Program-made: the position numbers and the translations under genes
The notes under the pieces: model-generated
Told to the model about the DNA's origin: nothing
Database searches by the model: none
The model's input: the letters and a program-made list of their open reading frames with translations, nothing else
Shown here: piece by piece, positions 1 through 14,871 of the stretch
Numbering within the stretch: the stretch's first letter is position 1
How the letters are laid out: each line of letters begins with the position of its first letter
Source of the DNA: the human T2T-CHM13v2.0 reference genome, Homo sapiens
DNA: 64,000 bases
Assembly (NCBI RefSeq): GCF_009914755.1
Contig: NC_060935.1
Reading direction: 5' to 3' (one strand)

Positions 1-567
1 GGGCTCCCTGCTGTGGGTTGGGAAAATTACATATTGGGGAAAAGAAAGGCAACGTGTCAGGAGAGCCTGGTAGGGAAGCTGCTGTGGCTTCTCTGCTGCT
101 GCTCGGCCTGCACCTTTTTTCAGCGCGAATCTCGCTCACCCTAGAACCTGCAGCTCAGGCCTTCCCGAGTGCCAGGAGCTCCCTGGAAGAGCCCTCACTT
201 CCCTCTCTCCTGTGCGGTCTCCACAGCAGCCTCTGCTTCCCTCATGAGCTGTCCTTGCCTCATCCTGCTGTCCTTCCCAGGGAGACTCCCCTCCGGGCTG
301 GGCTTTTCAAGGGTCGGGACTTGTCATCCTCACCTTGTGCCTGGCTCAGTGCCACGTGCCCCCCCCTTAGGCCAGTGCTCTCATGGAACCAAGGAGGCTT
401 ATGGAGCCTTGCTCTCACCTCTCAGCCGGCAAGTTGGAGAGCTGTCCTAGCAGGGCGAGTCCAGCAAGGGATGCTGCTGCTGCTCAGTCCCAGCTGGCAT
501 CGGGGCCAGGTTAGCGCTCAGCTCAGGTCAGCACCATGGGACAGATACGTTGTCAAAAATAACTCAG

Positions 568-858
<291 letters not shown>

Positions 859-2485
859 TTAAACTCAGATTCCAAACCGAAGGGGAAACGGCTTAAGTTA
901 TTTGTAACTTGCCCACTCCAGAAACTAAAAAAAAAATAAAAAATTGAAATCTCTGCGTTAAGACTTGAGGAATATGTGCTAGAGACTTCCAGAACAAAAG
1001 AAGACATTGAGGACAAGCACACGCGAGAGGAGCCTGGACGGGCTGTCAGGATTCTGTTTATGCTGGGGCCTGAGCACACTGCACCTTTCCCTTGCGGCCA
1101 GCGGTGGCTGCATCCATCACGCGGGGCAGGCTTCCTTCTTGATCCCTTGTCTCCTTGCATCCCGTAGCCCTGAGTCTACATATTCAGGCTTCAAGATACA
1201 ATCTCCCCAGCGTGATTGTTTAATAACAGATTTTGTCAATGTGAAATCGAAGGCAATTTTGGAGATGAATCCCTTTCAATCAAAAAGCTGGAAACTTTGC
1301 CTAGTTGTCATTCTGGGCATGTCTTTAGATCAGTTTTCCTGTAACTTCCTTCTGATGAAAACTCATGCTGGGGAATCCCTTTGGCACGTCTGCCTCTGCC
1401 ACTCCTTCATCTCTGTTTTCTGGGTGAGACCCCGGAGGACACGGATGGGCAGTCTCTGCCACAGAGGGTTTGGAGGTGATGGCTCATGTGGAAAGAGAGT
1501 CAGCTGCCAACCTCAAAACAAACGTGGGAAGAAGAGGGCGCAGCACAGGCCCAAGGCTTAGGGCAAGACCTGCTTTTTCAATAGGGGAAATAGTGGACAC
1601 TCTCTGAGTTGCCTGCTGCGTCAGCACCGGTGTGGGATGCTGCTTGGGTTAGCAGGTTAGCATGAGTGGCTCCACATGCTAGAGGGAGTGAGAAGAGGGG
1701 TCCCGATGTGCCGTGGACTTTCTCCACGCCCTCTGCTGGGCCATGTGCCCGCACTGTCTGTGAAGGAGTCCTTGACCCGGCTCTGCTGTGAGGAGGGAGC
1801 CTCAGAACCCTGGGGCCTCGGTGTCAGGACTGGAGCAGGGCCAGTGCTTTGAGGTAGGAGATCTTTTCCACTTTGTGGACCAGAGGGTCTCTCAATAGAA
1901 CTGCCGAACGGAGTTGCTGAATCACACAAGCAGCTGTGGACAGCACACCTGTGAATGGCTGTGGCTGTGTCCCAGAGGCGTTATTTACAGAAGAGCTGGG
2001 TGCCGGGTCTGGAAAGCCCAGGGGAACCTTGGGCTTTACCTGCTGGCTTTGGCGAACAGAAGGTCCCCAAACCTGTGTGCGCTGATGGGGGCTGACGACA
2101 TTAATGATGCTGAAATGAGCTGGCATGGGAGCCGGCAGCTGGCTCCTGCCTGAACAGGGTGCTGCTCAGCGGAAATCCAGTGTGAGCCTGTGTCTTGCAG
2201 ACTATTTTTGTTTATAGTCTATTAGAACAAAATAGTTTGCTGGCAGACTATTTTTTGTGCCGATTCTTTGGTCATGTGATTCACAGAGGTCCCACTTCAG
2301 TAGATGCCAGCAGTCTCCACACCAGCGGGTCTCACGGATCCTGCCACAGGCTGCCAGCTCTGTGTACCTTCTTCATGCCCGGTCGTGTCAGAAATCCCCA
2401 CTGGTGGCCCCGACCTGTGTCCAGGGTTCGTGTGCAGCTTCCAGGAGCCCAAGGGCTGGGGTGGGCCGTGAAAGCCTGCACCAAG

Positions 2486-2933
<448 letters not shown>

Positions 2934-2963
2934 CTAATGCTTTGTGTTTGAACCCTGTTCCAG

Positions 2964-3074
2964 TCAGCTGTCGGCCACGAATATCAGTCGAAACTTTCCA
3001 AGCACTGCTCGCAGGTGGACTCGGTCCGTGGCTTCGGAGGCAAGTTTGGTGTCCAGATGGACAGAGTTGATCAG
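2964..3074 (+). CDS. CTTN: Cortactin coding exon 6 (111 nt, phase 0-0; SAVGHEYQ...QMDRVDQ, actin-binding repeats)
   Basis: ttccag acceptor, cag|gtgagt donor; translates to a 37-aa cortactin/HS1 repeat containing GFGGKFGV. Confidence 0.97.
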
Positions 3075-4084
3075 GTGAGTGATGTGGCACTGGGACTGGG
3101 GCAGGTTGGGGCAAGGGGGGCGTTCCCCGTAGATCTGAGCCCTGTTGGGCCACTTGTAGTAGCAGGCAGGTGCCCTCCAGCTCTGGGGGACTGCAGAGAG
3201 GGGCATCTGCCTCCCAGGATGCTCTGAGAGCCTGGGCTCTCAGAGAGAGGAAGCAGGATGCGGCGGGCTTGCTGTAGCAGTCCCTGCGGTCGCTCTTCAC
3301 TACGTGCCTCAGTACTGGATGGCCCTGTGTCTGTCCCAATGTGCCAGCAGGGACCGTTTCCACCCGTGTTTCTCACATGTGTGTTACTGTGACAGAGTGA
3401 CATCAGAGCCTATACCGGGGGGGCAGGATGCGCTCGTGTCCAGGACCCAGGCTTTGCGTCCAGGTGTTGTTGCAGTCATCCTAGGCCCGAGCCTCTTTGA
3501 TTCTCTTCGGCTCGGGTCTGTTGGCTCTTTTGTTTAATAGAGGAGCGATCAGGAGCCTGGAGGGAGCAGGGAGCTGATGCTGGTCGCAGATTGTGGCTTT
3601 GTGACATATTAGCCACGGTTCTGAATTTATGTGTCTGTGAAAGGAGGATGATCATACCTATCTCACGGGTGTTTGCTCAGATGCCCATCGCAGTGCCTGG
3701 CTGGTGGGAGTGCACCCCTGGTGGCCACTGCTATTCTCATTACTAATACTAATGTTCTCAGCATGACTTATTTGAGAAGCGAGTTTTTGTGAAGCCCGTG
3801 GAATGAATCAGCTGAGCATTCCCTGCTGCCGCATGCTGGGGAGGGCAGGTCACCAGGGATATGGCTTGGCCTGCGCCGCCCACTGGGCCTTGCAGTGGGC
3901 CTGTCCGTTTAGGATGCCAGAGCTCTTGCGTCACTGCCACCTGCACCTGGCTTAGGAACCCAGAGGTCACAGCATCATGTGTTTCATATTTTTTTAAATG
4001 TCATGTCATGAATTCAGAGAGATTGTTTCAGGGACATTGGAAAGTATTTCTCCCCACTTTTTCATGTGTTTTTGGTCGTCACAG

Positions 4085-4139
4085 TCTGCTGTAGGCTTTG
4101 AATACCAGGGGAAGACTGAGAAGCATGCCTCCCAGAAAG
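4085..4139 (+). CDS. CTTN: Cortactin exon 7 (55 nt, phase 0-1; [18 protein letters not shown])
   Basis: tcacag acceptor, aag|gtaaga donor; in frame with neighbouring exons. Confidence 0.97.
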
Positions 4140-4167
4140 GTAAGACGCGAAAGGTGCAGAAAGAGCC

Positions 4168-4270
4168 CGCTCCGGGGGCCCCGATGGGGAGAGTCACAGC
4201 CACCTGAAGCCGTTTCCCCGCGCTCCGGGGGCCCTGATGGGGAGAGTCACAGCCACCTGAAGCCGTTTCC
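4168..4270. repeat. 53-bp tandem duplication (2 copies)
   Basis: cgctccgggggcc(c/t)gatggggagagtcacagccacctgaagccgtttcc at 4168 and 4221. Confidence 0.9.
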
Positions 4271-4751
4271 TGAGCGGTGGCTGTTGCCACAAGGAGGACT
4301 CTGCCCTCCTCTTCATGTTTCTGGATCATCTGGATACCACATGATGGATGTATTCCCCGTTACACATCCCCCTCGGAGCCCTGGCATCTGCTGTCATTGT
4401 GGGGCTTCTCCCCCTTGTAGCGGAAGCCGCCTTCCCTTCATCTGGGCAGCGCTCCTCCTGGAAAAGAGAGCTCACAGATTGATCGGCAGAAAGCTAACTT
4501 CCCCCCAAGGCTAGAAACCAGAGTTGTTAAATTCTTGTTTTCCTTATACACATACGGTCTTAACTGCTGGTGATTAATCTTGATTACATCATGCAGTCTC
4601 TTTTTTGAAAGACCAAAGCATATCGCCACCTTAAAGTTCTCAGTTTATTTTTTGCAAGCTTATTTAGTTCTTCCTCCTTTGTGTCATTGCATCATCCGCG
4701 GAACAAGCTCTCAGTCCTTACGCAGTCTCGGTGCAGTCTAGGTGGAGGTAG

Positions 4752-5123
<372 letters not shown>

Positions 5124-5434
5124 TTCTTTGTATGAAGCTTTCCAGCTTTTACCTGAGCAGTTGATTTTCAAAGTGGGCATGCAGCGTCATTTCTGACTAC
5201 ACAAAGGAACTGCCCTGTAACAGCTGACAGGGCCCAGAACCCCCCCATGCACCTGTTGTGAAACAGGGTCCAGCGTCACCTGTATGGAGCAGTGGGTGGC
5301 TTGTTGTACATTTTAAAATGTGCGCTTGATGTGTTTGTGAGTTGTAACCCCTACACACTTTTGCTTAGTTTAACAAAAGGAACAGTGTAGTTCGTCCTCA
5401 GGCCCCCGTGCTAATTGCTGCCCTGTCTCTCCAG

Positions 5435-5545
5435 ACTACTCCAGTGGTTTTGGCGGCAAGTATGGCGTGCAGGCCGACCGAGTAGACAAGAGCGCGGTGG
5501 GCTTCGACTACCAGGGCAAGACGGAGAAGCACGAGTCACAGAGAG
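5435..5545 (+). CDS. CTTN: Cortactin exon 8 (111 nt, phase 1-1; [19 protein letters not shown]...HESQR)
   Basis: ctccag acceptor, gag|gtgggg donor; repeat unit. Confidence 0.97.
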
Positions 5546-5775
5546 GTGGGGCGGACCCCACGGTCTGTAATCACGCGTTTGCTCCAGAAACACCCACGAG
5601 GGCATTTTCTCTCTGCACACGTGATTGTTGTAGATTTTTTAACTGAAAATGTTTGGTGTTCTTTTCGTACCAGTGTATGTGGGCTTTTCCTAATTCGAAT
5701 GGCTGCACAGTTCCCCATCGTATGAGGATTCCATAGTCCATGTAACCATTCCTTTTTTGAATGTGGAATTTAGGT

Positions 5776-6392
<617 letters not shown>

Positions 6393-7148
6393 TAGCCTGT
6401 ACACCATCACTCAGAGCGTTTCCCAGGGCTGCAGAGGCTGTGGCCTGCCTGTTTCCCTGTGCCTCTTGTTTGGCCTGCACATTTAAATTTTTAAAAATAT
6501 TTGCCAACATTTGAAAAGTGAGAGCTTGACTATTTAAAAACTCAAAAAAAAAAAAAATTACCCCAAAGCAAGAAACACCACTGGAAGATCCGACCATGCT
6601 GGCTTGGCATTTCCCTGAGGAAAGTGCCGGTGGCCTGGAGGGCAGCTTGGCTTGTAGTTTGTCGCGGCCTGGCCTGGCCTTGCCTTCCTGCCGGTCAGGC
6701 CTTGCCTGCCGCACAGAGCTGCTTGCCTCTGCTCTCTGCCTCTTTCCTGGGAACAGTCCATTCCTCCTCTTCCCGACACCACACAGTTGTGAGCAGCGCA
6801 TGCTCCGCGAAGCTGCATGAGTGTGTGACTCCAGGGAGCCAGGGAGCACAGGCCGAGCACCTGGGCAGACGCAAGGCTCCTTGGATGCTTCAGGCCTTCT
6901 CTCCCAGGCCTTGATCCTCTGCCTTGTGCTGTTAGTGGGTCCATGAGAGAGTCATGTTTTGGTGTCACAGTGACATGCTAAATGGCTTCATTCTGAGTAG
7001 AACTGAAGTTTCTGGAGGATGCTGTGTGTGTCCTATTTCCTGGCATCCCCCTGCGTGCTTCAGTTTGTGAAGAGTGGCCTTTGAAAGCCTTGCCCTTCTG
7101 CTGCCTCCTGAGCTTAGAGCCTTATCATAAACTCTCATCTCCTGCTAG

Positions 7149-7982
<834 letters not shown>

Positions 7983-8167
7983 CTGGTTACCACTGTTTGT
8001 GTTTCTGTTATTACACATAAATAGCACCTTTAAATACTGTCTGTATTATTCAGTGGTCCTACAGTGGACCTGAAAGATTTTTGTTTTTTTAATCAAAGGA
8101 TAAAATACTTGCATGTTCACTGATTTCGTTGCTCCTTTTAAAGTAGTCCTTTTTTGTTTGTTTTTAG

Positions 8168-8278
8168 ATTACTCCAAAGGTTTCGGCGGCAAATACGGTA
8201 TCGACAAGGACAAAGTGGATAAGAGCGCCGTTGGCTTTGAGTATCAAGGCAAAACGGAGAAGCACGAGTCCCAGAAAG
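8168..8278 (+). CDS. CTTN: Cortactin exon 9 (111 nt, phase 1-1; [19 protein letters not shown]...HESQK)
   Basis: ttttag acceptor, aag|gtgtct donor; lies within ORF 8113..8325. Confidence 0.97.
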
Positions 8279-8821
8279 GTGTCTTCCGTTTTATCTTACC
8301 CTCCAGCCAGCAGCTAGTAATGTGACAGGTGGTAGCCACACCGGAAAAGGAAAAACAAAGCGTTATTGATAGCCCTTAACGTAGATGTCTCTTTTTCATG
8401 AAATGCCCAACTTGAAAACGGCACATCCAGAAACACAGCTGCTAAATAGGAACTCGCAGCTTGAGTGTTATGGCGCTCCAGCCCCAGCGGCGTTGCTTAT
8501 CGTGGTGGCCACACCCCGCACGTCTGTGTTGCCCGTGTGAGCCTGTGCTGTCTCATGGTGCGGGTGGAAGCCGCATGCGTGGGAGCTTCCATGGGGTCCT
8601 GTCTGGCTTAGTCACGATGCTGAGGTCATAGACTAGGTTATTTCCTGCCACTCTCCAAGGAGGGCCTCTTCATGGATGTTATCTAAAGTATTACCAAAGA
8701 TCCGGAAGGGAAGAGTAGATTGAGTGAATCATATGCGTTTAACTGTATTGAAAACATACTTTCCACCTGTGACCTGCACTACCTGTTAATGATGGGTTCT
8801 GGCCTTTCATTGTGCATGTAG

Positions 8822-8932
8822 ACTATGTGAAAGGGTTTGGAGGAAAATTTGGTGTGCAGACAGACAGACAAGACAAATGTGCCCTTGGCTGGGATCACCA
8901 GGAGAAATTGCAGCTGCATGAATCCCAAAAAG
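8822..8932 (+). CDS. CTTN: Cortactin exon 10 (111 nt, phase 1-1; [19 protein letters not shown]...HESQK)
   Basis: atgtag acceptor, aag|gtacat donor; lies within ORF 8812..9105. Confidence 0.97.
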
Positions 8933-9146
8933 GTACATTCACTCTGCCTGTATGCGAGATGGTTTTAGAAGTTTGTTTTTGTTCCTTGCGGGGTCAGTTG
9001 GTATGTGTTGTGTCTGCGTGTGCCTGCTGCACATTGTTTTGTCTTCACTGTTTGAAGTTGTCCTGTGTGCCCCCCCAATCCCCCAGTTCCCTCCAGCTAG
9101 TGTAGTCACAAACCCTCCCTGCTGACACGGGGTGGTACCCCAGAGA

Positions 9147-9333
9147 GCTGGGTTTACCTGGAAGTGGGTTGCACGGGCCAAGCCTGCAGCAGGGGGCTGG
9201 GTTTACCCAGGAGTGGGGACATGGGTCAAGCCTGCAGCGGGGGGCTGGGTTTACCCGGGAGTGGGGGCATGTGTCAGGCCTGCAGCGGGGGGCTGGGTTT
9301 ACCCGGGAGTGGGGACATGGGCCAAGCCTGCAG
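9147..9333. repeat. G-rich 48-bp minisatellite, ~4 copies
   Basis: ggtttacc recurs at 9151, 9200, 9248, 9296. Confidence 0.9.
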
Positions 9334-9891
9334 TGCTCCTCATCCAGGCTTCTTGTCTATAAAGTGGGCCACGGTTTTTGGCAGGAGATACTTACTTTTG
9401 AACCGAAAGTGTTTTCTTGTTGGAATGGGTGCCCCTTCCCTGGAAAAAGGAGCCTGAGGGGGCTGAAAGCCTCTCAGTGTGACCCAGCCCTGAGAGAAGC
9501 AGGAGCGGGGCTAATGGGGCTGCAGCGCCCTCCGAATCTGCAGGGTCTCTCCTCCCGTGTACACAGATACGCACACTCGTCTGCAGTGTGCGTAGGACGC
9601 TAAGAATGAACTGCACAGCCGGGAGTGCCTTTACTGAATTATTTGAAGTACAGTTCTTAGGCTGTTCCAGATCTTCGCTGAATGTTCAGATTTTAAGTTC
9701 ATTCTTTAACGTTGACCTCTGGAGCCACCTTCTGGCGCTGAGCCTGGGAGTAGGATCTCAAAGGCCCTAAGCTCAGGAGAGCCCTTGCTTTCTGGAAACT
9801 GTGTTTGATTTTTGCGCATGCTCATGCAATTCTAACCCAACTGTGTTTCCTCTTTTGGTTGTTTTCCCCACCGTTGCTTGTGGATTTTCAG

Positions 9892-10002
9892 ATTATAAGA
9901 CTGGTTTTGGAGGCAAATTCGGTGTTCAGTCGGAGAGGCAGGACTCCGCTGCTGTGGGGTTTGATTACAAGGAGAAGCTGGCCAAGCACGAGTCCCAGCA
10001 AG
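9892..10002 (+). CDS. CTTN: Cortactin exon 11 (111 nt, phase 1-1; [18 protein letters not shown]...HESQQ), alternatively spliced, GC donor
   Basis: tttcag acceptor; the repeat-homologous donor position reads aag|gcacag; lies within ORF 9801..10202. Confidence 0.96.
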
Positions 10003-11361
10003 GCACAGTTGCCACCAGCCTCCTACCCTCCCCCCGACCCTCCTGTGCGGCCACTTCTAGCACAGACTTCAGGGCTCACCGTCAGCACCTGCAACACAGT
10101 CCTCCTGTGTCACCACTTGTCAGCTGTCAGGCTGTTCGGCACTTTAAACCCATTTCTAGTAGAGCGACACTGATTTTGAGTGGTTCACTTTCTTCCCTGT
10201 GAACTTGTGATCTGTGTATGGCAGGATGCGCCAGTTAGTGTGTGGGTGCCATCTTTCTAACCCGGTGACCCATCCAGTCTCTGGACTGGGGCATCTCCGG
10301 TCTCCAGCAGCATTCTGCCCGAGGCTGTTCTGCTGTTATTGGTGACTGCCGTGAGCCACTGAGTCAGGCCTTCCAGATGAGGAGAGAGGTGTTGGTTCAA
10401 CCAAACCACTGGCCATTTGACCAGGGGCTTCGTAGCAGCAAGGGCCAGGAGACAGGCGTGTTCTGTGTGGTTTCTGTGTTTCATTTGTGGTGGTGTTTTT
10501 GGCCGGGGTTGGGAGGTTTTTTGTTTGTTCTGTTTGATGACACCATATGTGTGTAACATCTCCACACAGAGCCACACAGTATGTACGTGAAGCCAGCTCT
10601 GCATCCTTCCTTAGAGCAGTTATGTTGTTACCTTCAAAATTTGGACTTGGTTATTAGAACCTGAACACATAATTGGAAAAACAGTAATTCCCTAACCTTG
10701 CAGGGAAGACTCTAGGCTTTCCACCTGCAGCGTTAGAAACACACAGCAGTGTTCAGGTGTGGGCAGGTAGACACACCTGGGGTGGTCCCGCAGACTGCAT
10801 GGAGATGGCAGTGGCTCTCCGTGGCATCACTGCTGCATGACAGTGTGACTTTCATGTGGATCTGTGTTGCTGCAACGGAAGTCTTTGGCTGGTAGAATTT
10901 CCACATGGATTTTTTTTTTCTCTTAAAAAGCAAGAGAACAAACTGCGATTGAGCCTCTTTTTAGCGCTCAGTAGAGCAGGCGCACAGGAAGCAGATGAGA
11001 ATAAGCCCGTGCTGGTGCGGAAGACTGTGCTATTGAAGTGGCGCGTTGCAAAGGCCTGTCCGTGCCCTCTTTCCTCGCTTAGCTCCTGCCTGCTGCCCGC
11101 CGCCCCTCCTGCCCCTCCTGCCCCTCAGGGAATGCTGAAGCCTCTGCCCCTGGCCTGTGCTCTGCTTCTCACTGCCTGTGTCTCACGACCATGGGTGGAA
11201 GCAAAACTTGCCTTGCAAGTGAAGCCTCGCTTGGCCATTCTCGTTTCTTCCCGCTGTGGTGCACCTTCTTGGGCTGTTTCTGGATCTGTCTGCATGCACC
11301 CACGGCCACCCCCATGCTCGCCTCCACCTCAGAGTAAGTGTTGTGTTTTGCCACGTTTCAG

Positions 11362-11417
11362 ACTACTCCAAAGGATTCGGCGGGAAGTATGGGGTGCAGA
11401 AGGATCGGATGGATAAG
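11362..11417 (+). CDS. CTTN: Cortactin exon 12 (56 nt, phase 1-0; [19 protein letters not shown], final half repeat)
   Basis: tttcag acceptor, aag|gtaaat donor. Confidence 0.97.
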
Positions 11418-13753
11418 GTAAATATTCCAGCCCCGGAGCTTAGTGTCTTCTGCCTGCAGGGGCTCTTGGTGGGCGTGGCTCACCGTGCTGGCCAACATCC
11501 ACGCGCTGGGGTGGGGCACAAGTGATTTCCGTCGTGGTGGTGGTGGTGGTGGCGATGACTGACTCGGACAGTCTTGTGCTCCTCATGGCCGTGCTGTGGG
11601 ATAGGCGCTGGCACCGGCCCACCTCCTAACTGGGGGCCCCAGGCCAGGCAGGCTCAGCACCTGGCTGCAGCCATAGGAACCCAGATGTTTAACATGAGAG
11701 GTGAGAGCCTCGAGGGCTCATGTCCATTTGAACTTAAATTCTTAATAGTAAATCAGATTGGAACCTGAGTGTGTTAGACTGCGTGTGGGGCTACCTCGCT
11801 GGCAGCCAGCGCTGCGTGTGCGGTGATGAGCCATGTCTCCCGTCTTCAGCCTCGTAGAGACGCGGGCTCCACACTGCCTGCTCCTGCGCGTGGCCTGTGG
11901 TCAGGGGTGGCAGGGTCAGTCCTTGCCTCGCAGCTGACCACACAGCACCATCCAGGGGCGTAGGCAGGCAGAGCAGGTGTTCGGGCTGGGCTCCCCAGGG
12001 AGCAGTAGCCTGGGCTCATTTCTGAGGGCAGGCGCGAGTTCACCAGGAGAGAAGGCTCAGGAGACCACGGAGGGGCGAGGTGTGGGCCTGGGTGGGACAG
12101 GAGTCACTGCAGGTTCTCAAGGAGCCTAGCTGCAGAGGGAGGGTGGGGAGCGGGGATAGAGCTGGCCCTGGAGAGCCCCACACACCACAGAGCATTCTGC
12201 ATGTCGTGACATGCGTCACACACCACAGAGCATCTGACGTGCGTGGCCCCAGAAAGGTTAGCAGGCAAGGAACACTGGGGGGGTCTACTTTGAGAAGCCC
12301 CCGGCCTCAGCGTGGAGTCTGGGTTGTGGGGGTTGGCCTGGGCAGAGGGGTGTGGTCCTGAAGAGAGCTGGAGGGGCTCGGGTGGTGGAGAAGCAGGGCA
12401 TGGTGTTTGGCGCCAAGGGACGCAGGGGAGGGAGCAGTCGGGTGGATGTGGGGTGGACGTGGGGCCAACTGTGGAGCCGAAGAACTGGGAGGAGCAGATG
12501 TGGGTGTCAGCGAGAGAGAGCTGGGGTAGGGCCGGGGCCGGGTCCGGGTGGCGTGCAGAGTTGGGAGGGGAGTAGGCACGCGGTCAGAGGACACTGGGCA
12601 GGGGGACCCAGTGAGGTAGCAGGGGCCTTGCAAGGCACTGGGACAGACGGAGGGAAGGAGCTCCCCTGTGGGTGAGTCAGAGGTTGTGGCTTTGAGGCCG
12701 GAACCTGAGGGACTGCCTGTGTTGTGGGTGTCTGTGGTCAGCATTGCTGGTGTTGGCGGTGACCGCTGAGCTTGTGAGCACGTGAGGAGGCAGTGTGTGG
12801 GTGTGGCCTTTCGTGTCATTGTCTTTCATCCAGGAGGGGGTGGAGCTTCTCTCTCTGTTTGCTGTGTGATGGAGGAGTCCAAGGCTTAGAGAGGGTGACG
12901 TAACTGCCCGGGTCCCCGTACATTGTGGGGATAGGGCTACAACCCAGGCTGGGAGGTGAAGTTGCCCCCTCAGGGCAAGGTGATGTCTGCAGAGGGCCCA
13001 GTGGGTGATGGGACCCAGTAAGGCTGATGGCCTTGCCTTTGAACAGGTGCAAGCAGCTCAAGGGACATGGAGTAGACGCTGGAGCTGACTGATGGGAGGA
13101 GGGAGCGGGGTCCGAGGAAGGACAGGCGGGCCAGGAAGGGGGCAAGCAGGAGGTGCTGGGCAGAAAGGGGCCATGGTATGGGGGCTCTGGTGGCTTCTGA
13201 GCCTCAGGTGTTCTCATCAGAGGTAGTGAAACCCACAGTGAAACTGGGTACGGCCACTGGTCTCCATGAGCCCTGACAGTCTCCACCTGAGTCAGCACGT
13301 AAGAGTCATCGCCGTCGCTTGGTCAGACCATAGTTGAGTCCCCTGCAATGCAGAAAGGTGTGATTGCACCACTGGGTAGTGTGTAGGACGGGCCACTGGA
13401 GGCTTGCATGTGTCCCCAGCGTCTTCGCTTCCTGTAAATGCTCACACCTCTGGGTGGCGACGGAGGGTGGGGAAGGCTTGAGGCTGATCCCAGAATTGGT
13501 TTGTGGTAGAGCAGATGGAGATACATGCATTTCTTATGCTAATGCTGACCCACGATTGCCTGCAAATGTGGTTGGTAATAGTTTTCATGCCTCAGTTAGT
13601 TTGCAAAACCGAGAGGCCATGAAGAGTGCTCTGGGCTGTGTGGCTGGGCCTTTGGGAAGATCTGGGGAAGGCATTTGCATCTGGCAGGAGCTACCACAGG
13701 GCATGGAGAAAAGAGAAAAGTGCTCTCCTGACGCCCATGTCCTGTCTCTGCAG

Positions 13754-13823
13754 AATGCGTCAACCTTTGAGGATGTCACCCAGGTGTCCTCTGCCTACCA
13801 GAAGACAGTACCTGTCGAAGCTG
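13754..13823 (+). CDS. CTTN: Cortactin exon 13 (70 nt; NASTFEDVTQVSSAYQKTVPVEA)
   Basis: ctgcag acceptor, ctg|gtgagt donor. Confidence 0.97.
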
Positions 13824-14547
13824 GTGAGTCCCGGCTGATACCAGGAGCACCGTGTGGTTTCCCAGGAAAACACTGAGGGGAAGGACAGTTGTGAAACAGC
13901 CAGGAGCAGATGCACCACTAGTTGAAAGCGTGGTTGTTGCTGCGTATTTTTGGGAAAGAAAATGATCGTTCTGATGAAGATCTTGTTTCTCCTGCAGAGG
14001 TTTAGAGTCACCTTTTAGACGCAGCATGGTGCAGCCGTTTCAGTGGGGCCCGTTTCAAGGGGCTCTTCCCAGAGCAAAGGGGCTAAGTGCACATTCACAA
14101 GGGCCTCCACACTGCCAGTGACCAGCTTCTGGGAGCAGCTGGGGCCTGCCCAACTCCCTGAGCCGCTCGGTCGCAGCTGTGACAGGAGGAAGACATCATG
14201 ACGTCGATGTGCAGGCGACAGCAGACATTCTCTCTGCTGCTCGTTCTTGGGCCCTTGACAGGGAGCTCGAAACCTGTCCTTTTCTGTGCTGGACACACGA
14301 TGGAGTCAGATGTGGGCCCTGCCCCGGAGAGTCAAGTAGTTGGGGAAAATGTTATACGTACATGAGAGCAAGTGCTAAATTTAACACAGGATGCAGAGAG
14401 CCACCACTGACTTCCTTCAGGGGCTATGGACCCACAGTTCTCAGAGATTGAGGGCCCAGGACGCTTTGACACTTTGACCACTCGTGAGAACCCCCAAGAT
14501 GTTGATGTATTTGATGACATTGACTATATTAGAAATTAGAGGAATGT

Positions 14548-14868
<321 letters not shown>

Positions 14869-14871
14869 TTA

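Noticed and set aside
3741-3753. TACTAATACTAAT QKI/branch-point-like motif in intron 6
   Set aside because: About 330 nt from a frame-critical exon and in a MIR-like context; a short motif alone is insufficient.
9132-9603. Repetitive peptides in three frames; CRISPR-like or coding repeat considered
   Set aside because: Head-to-tail 48-bp minisatellite with no unique spacers, in a human intron.
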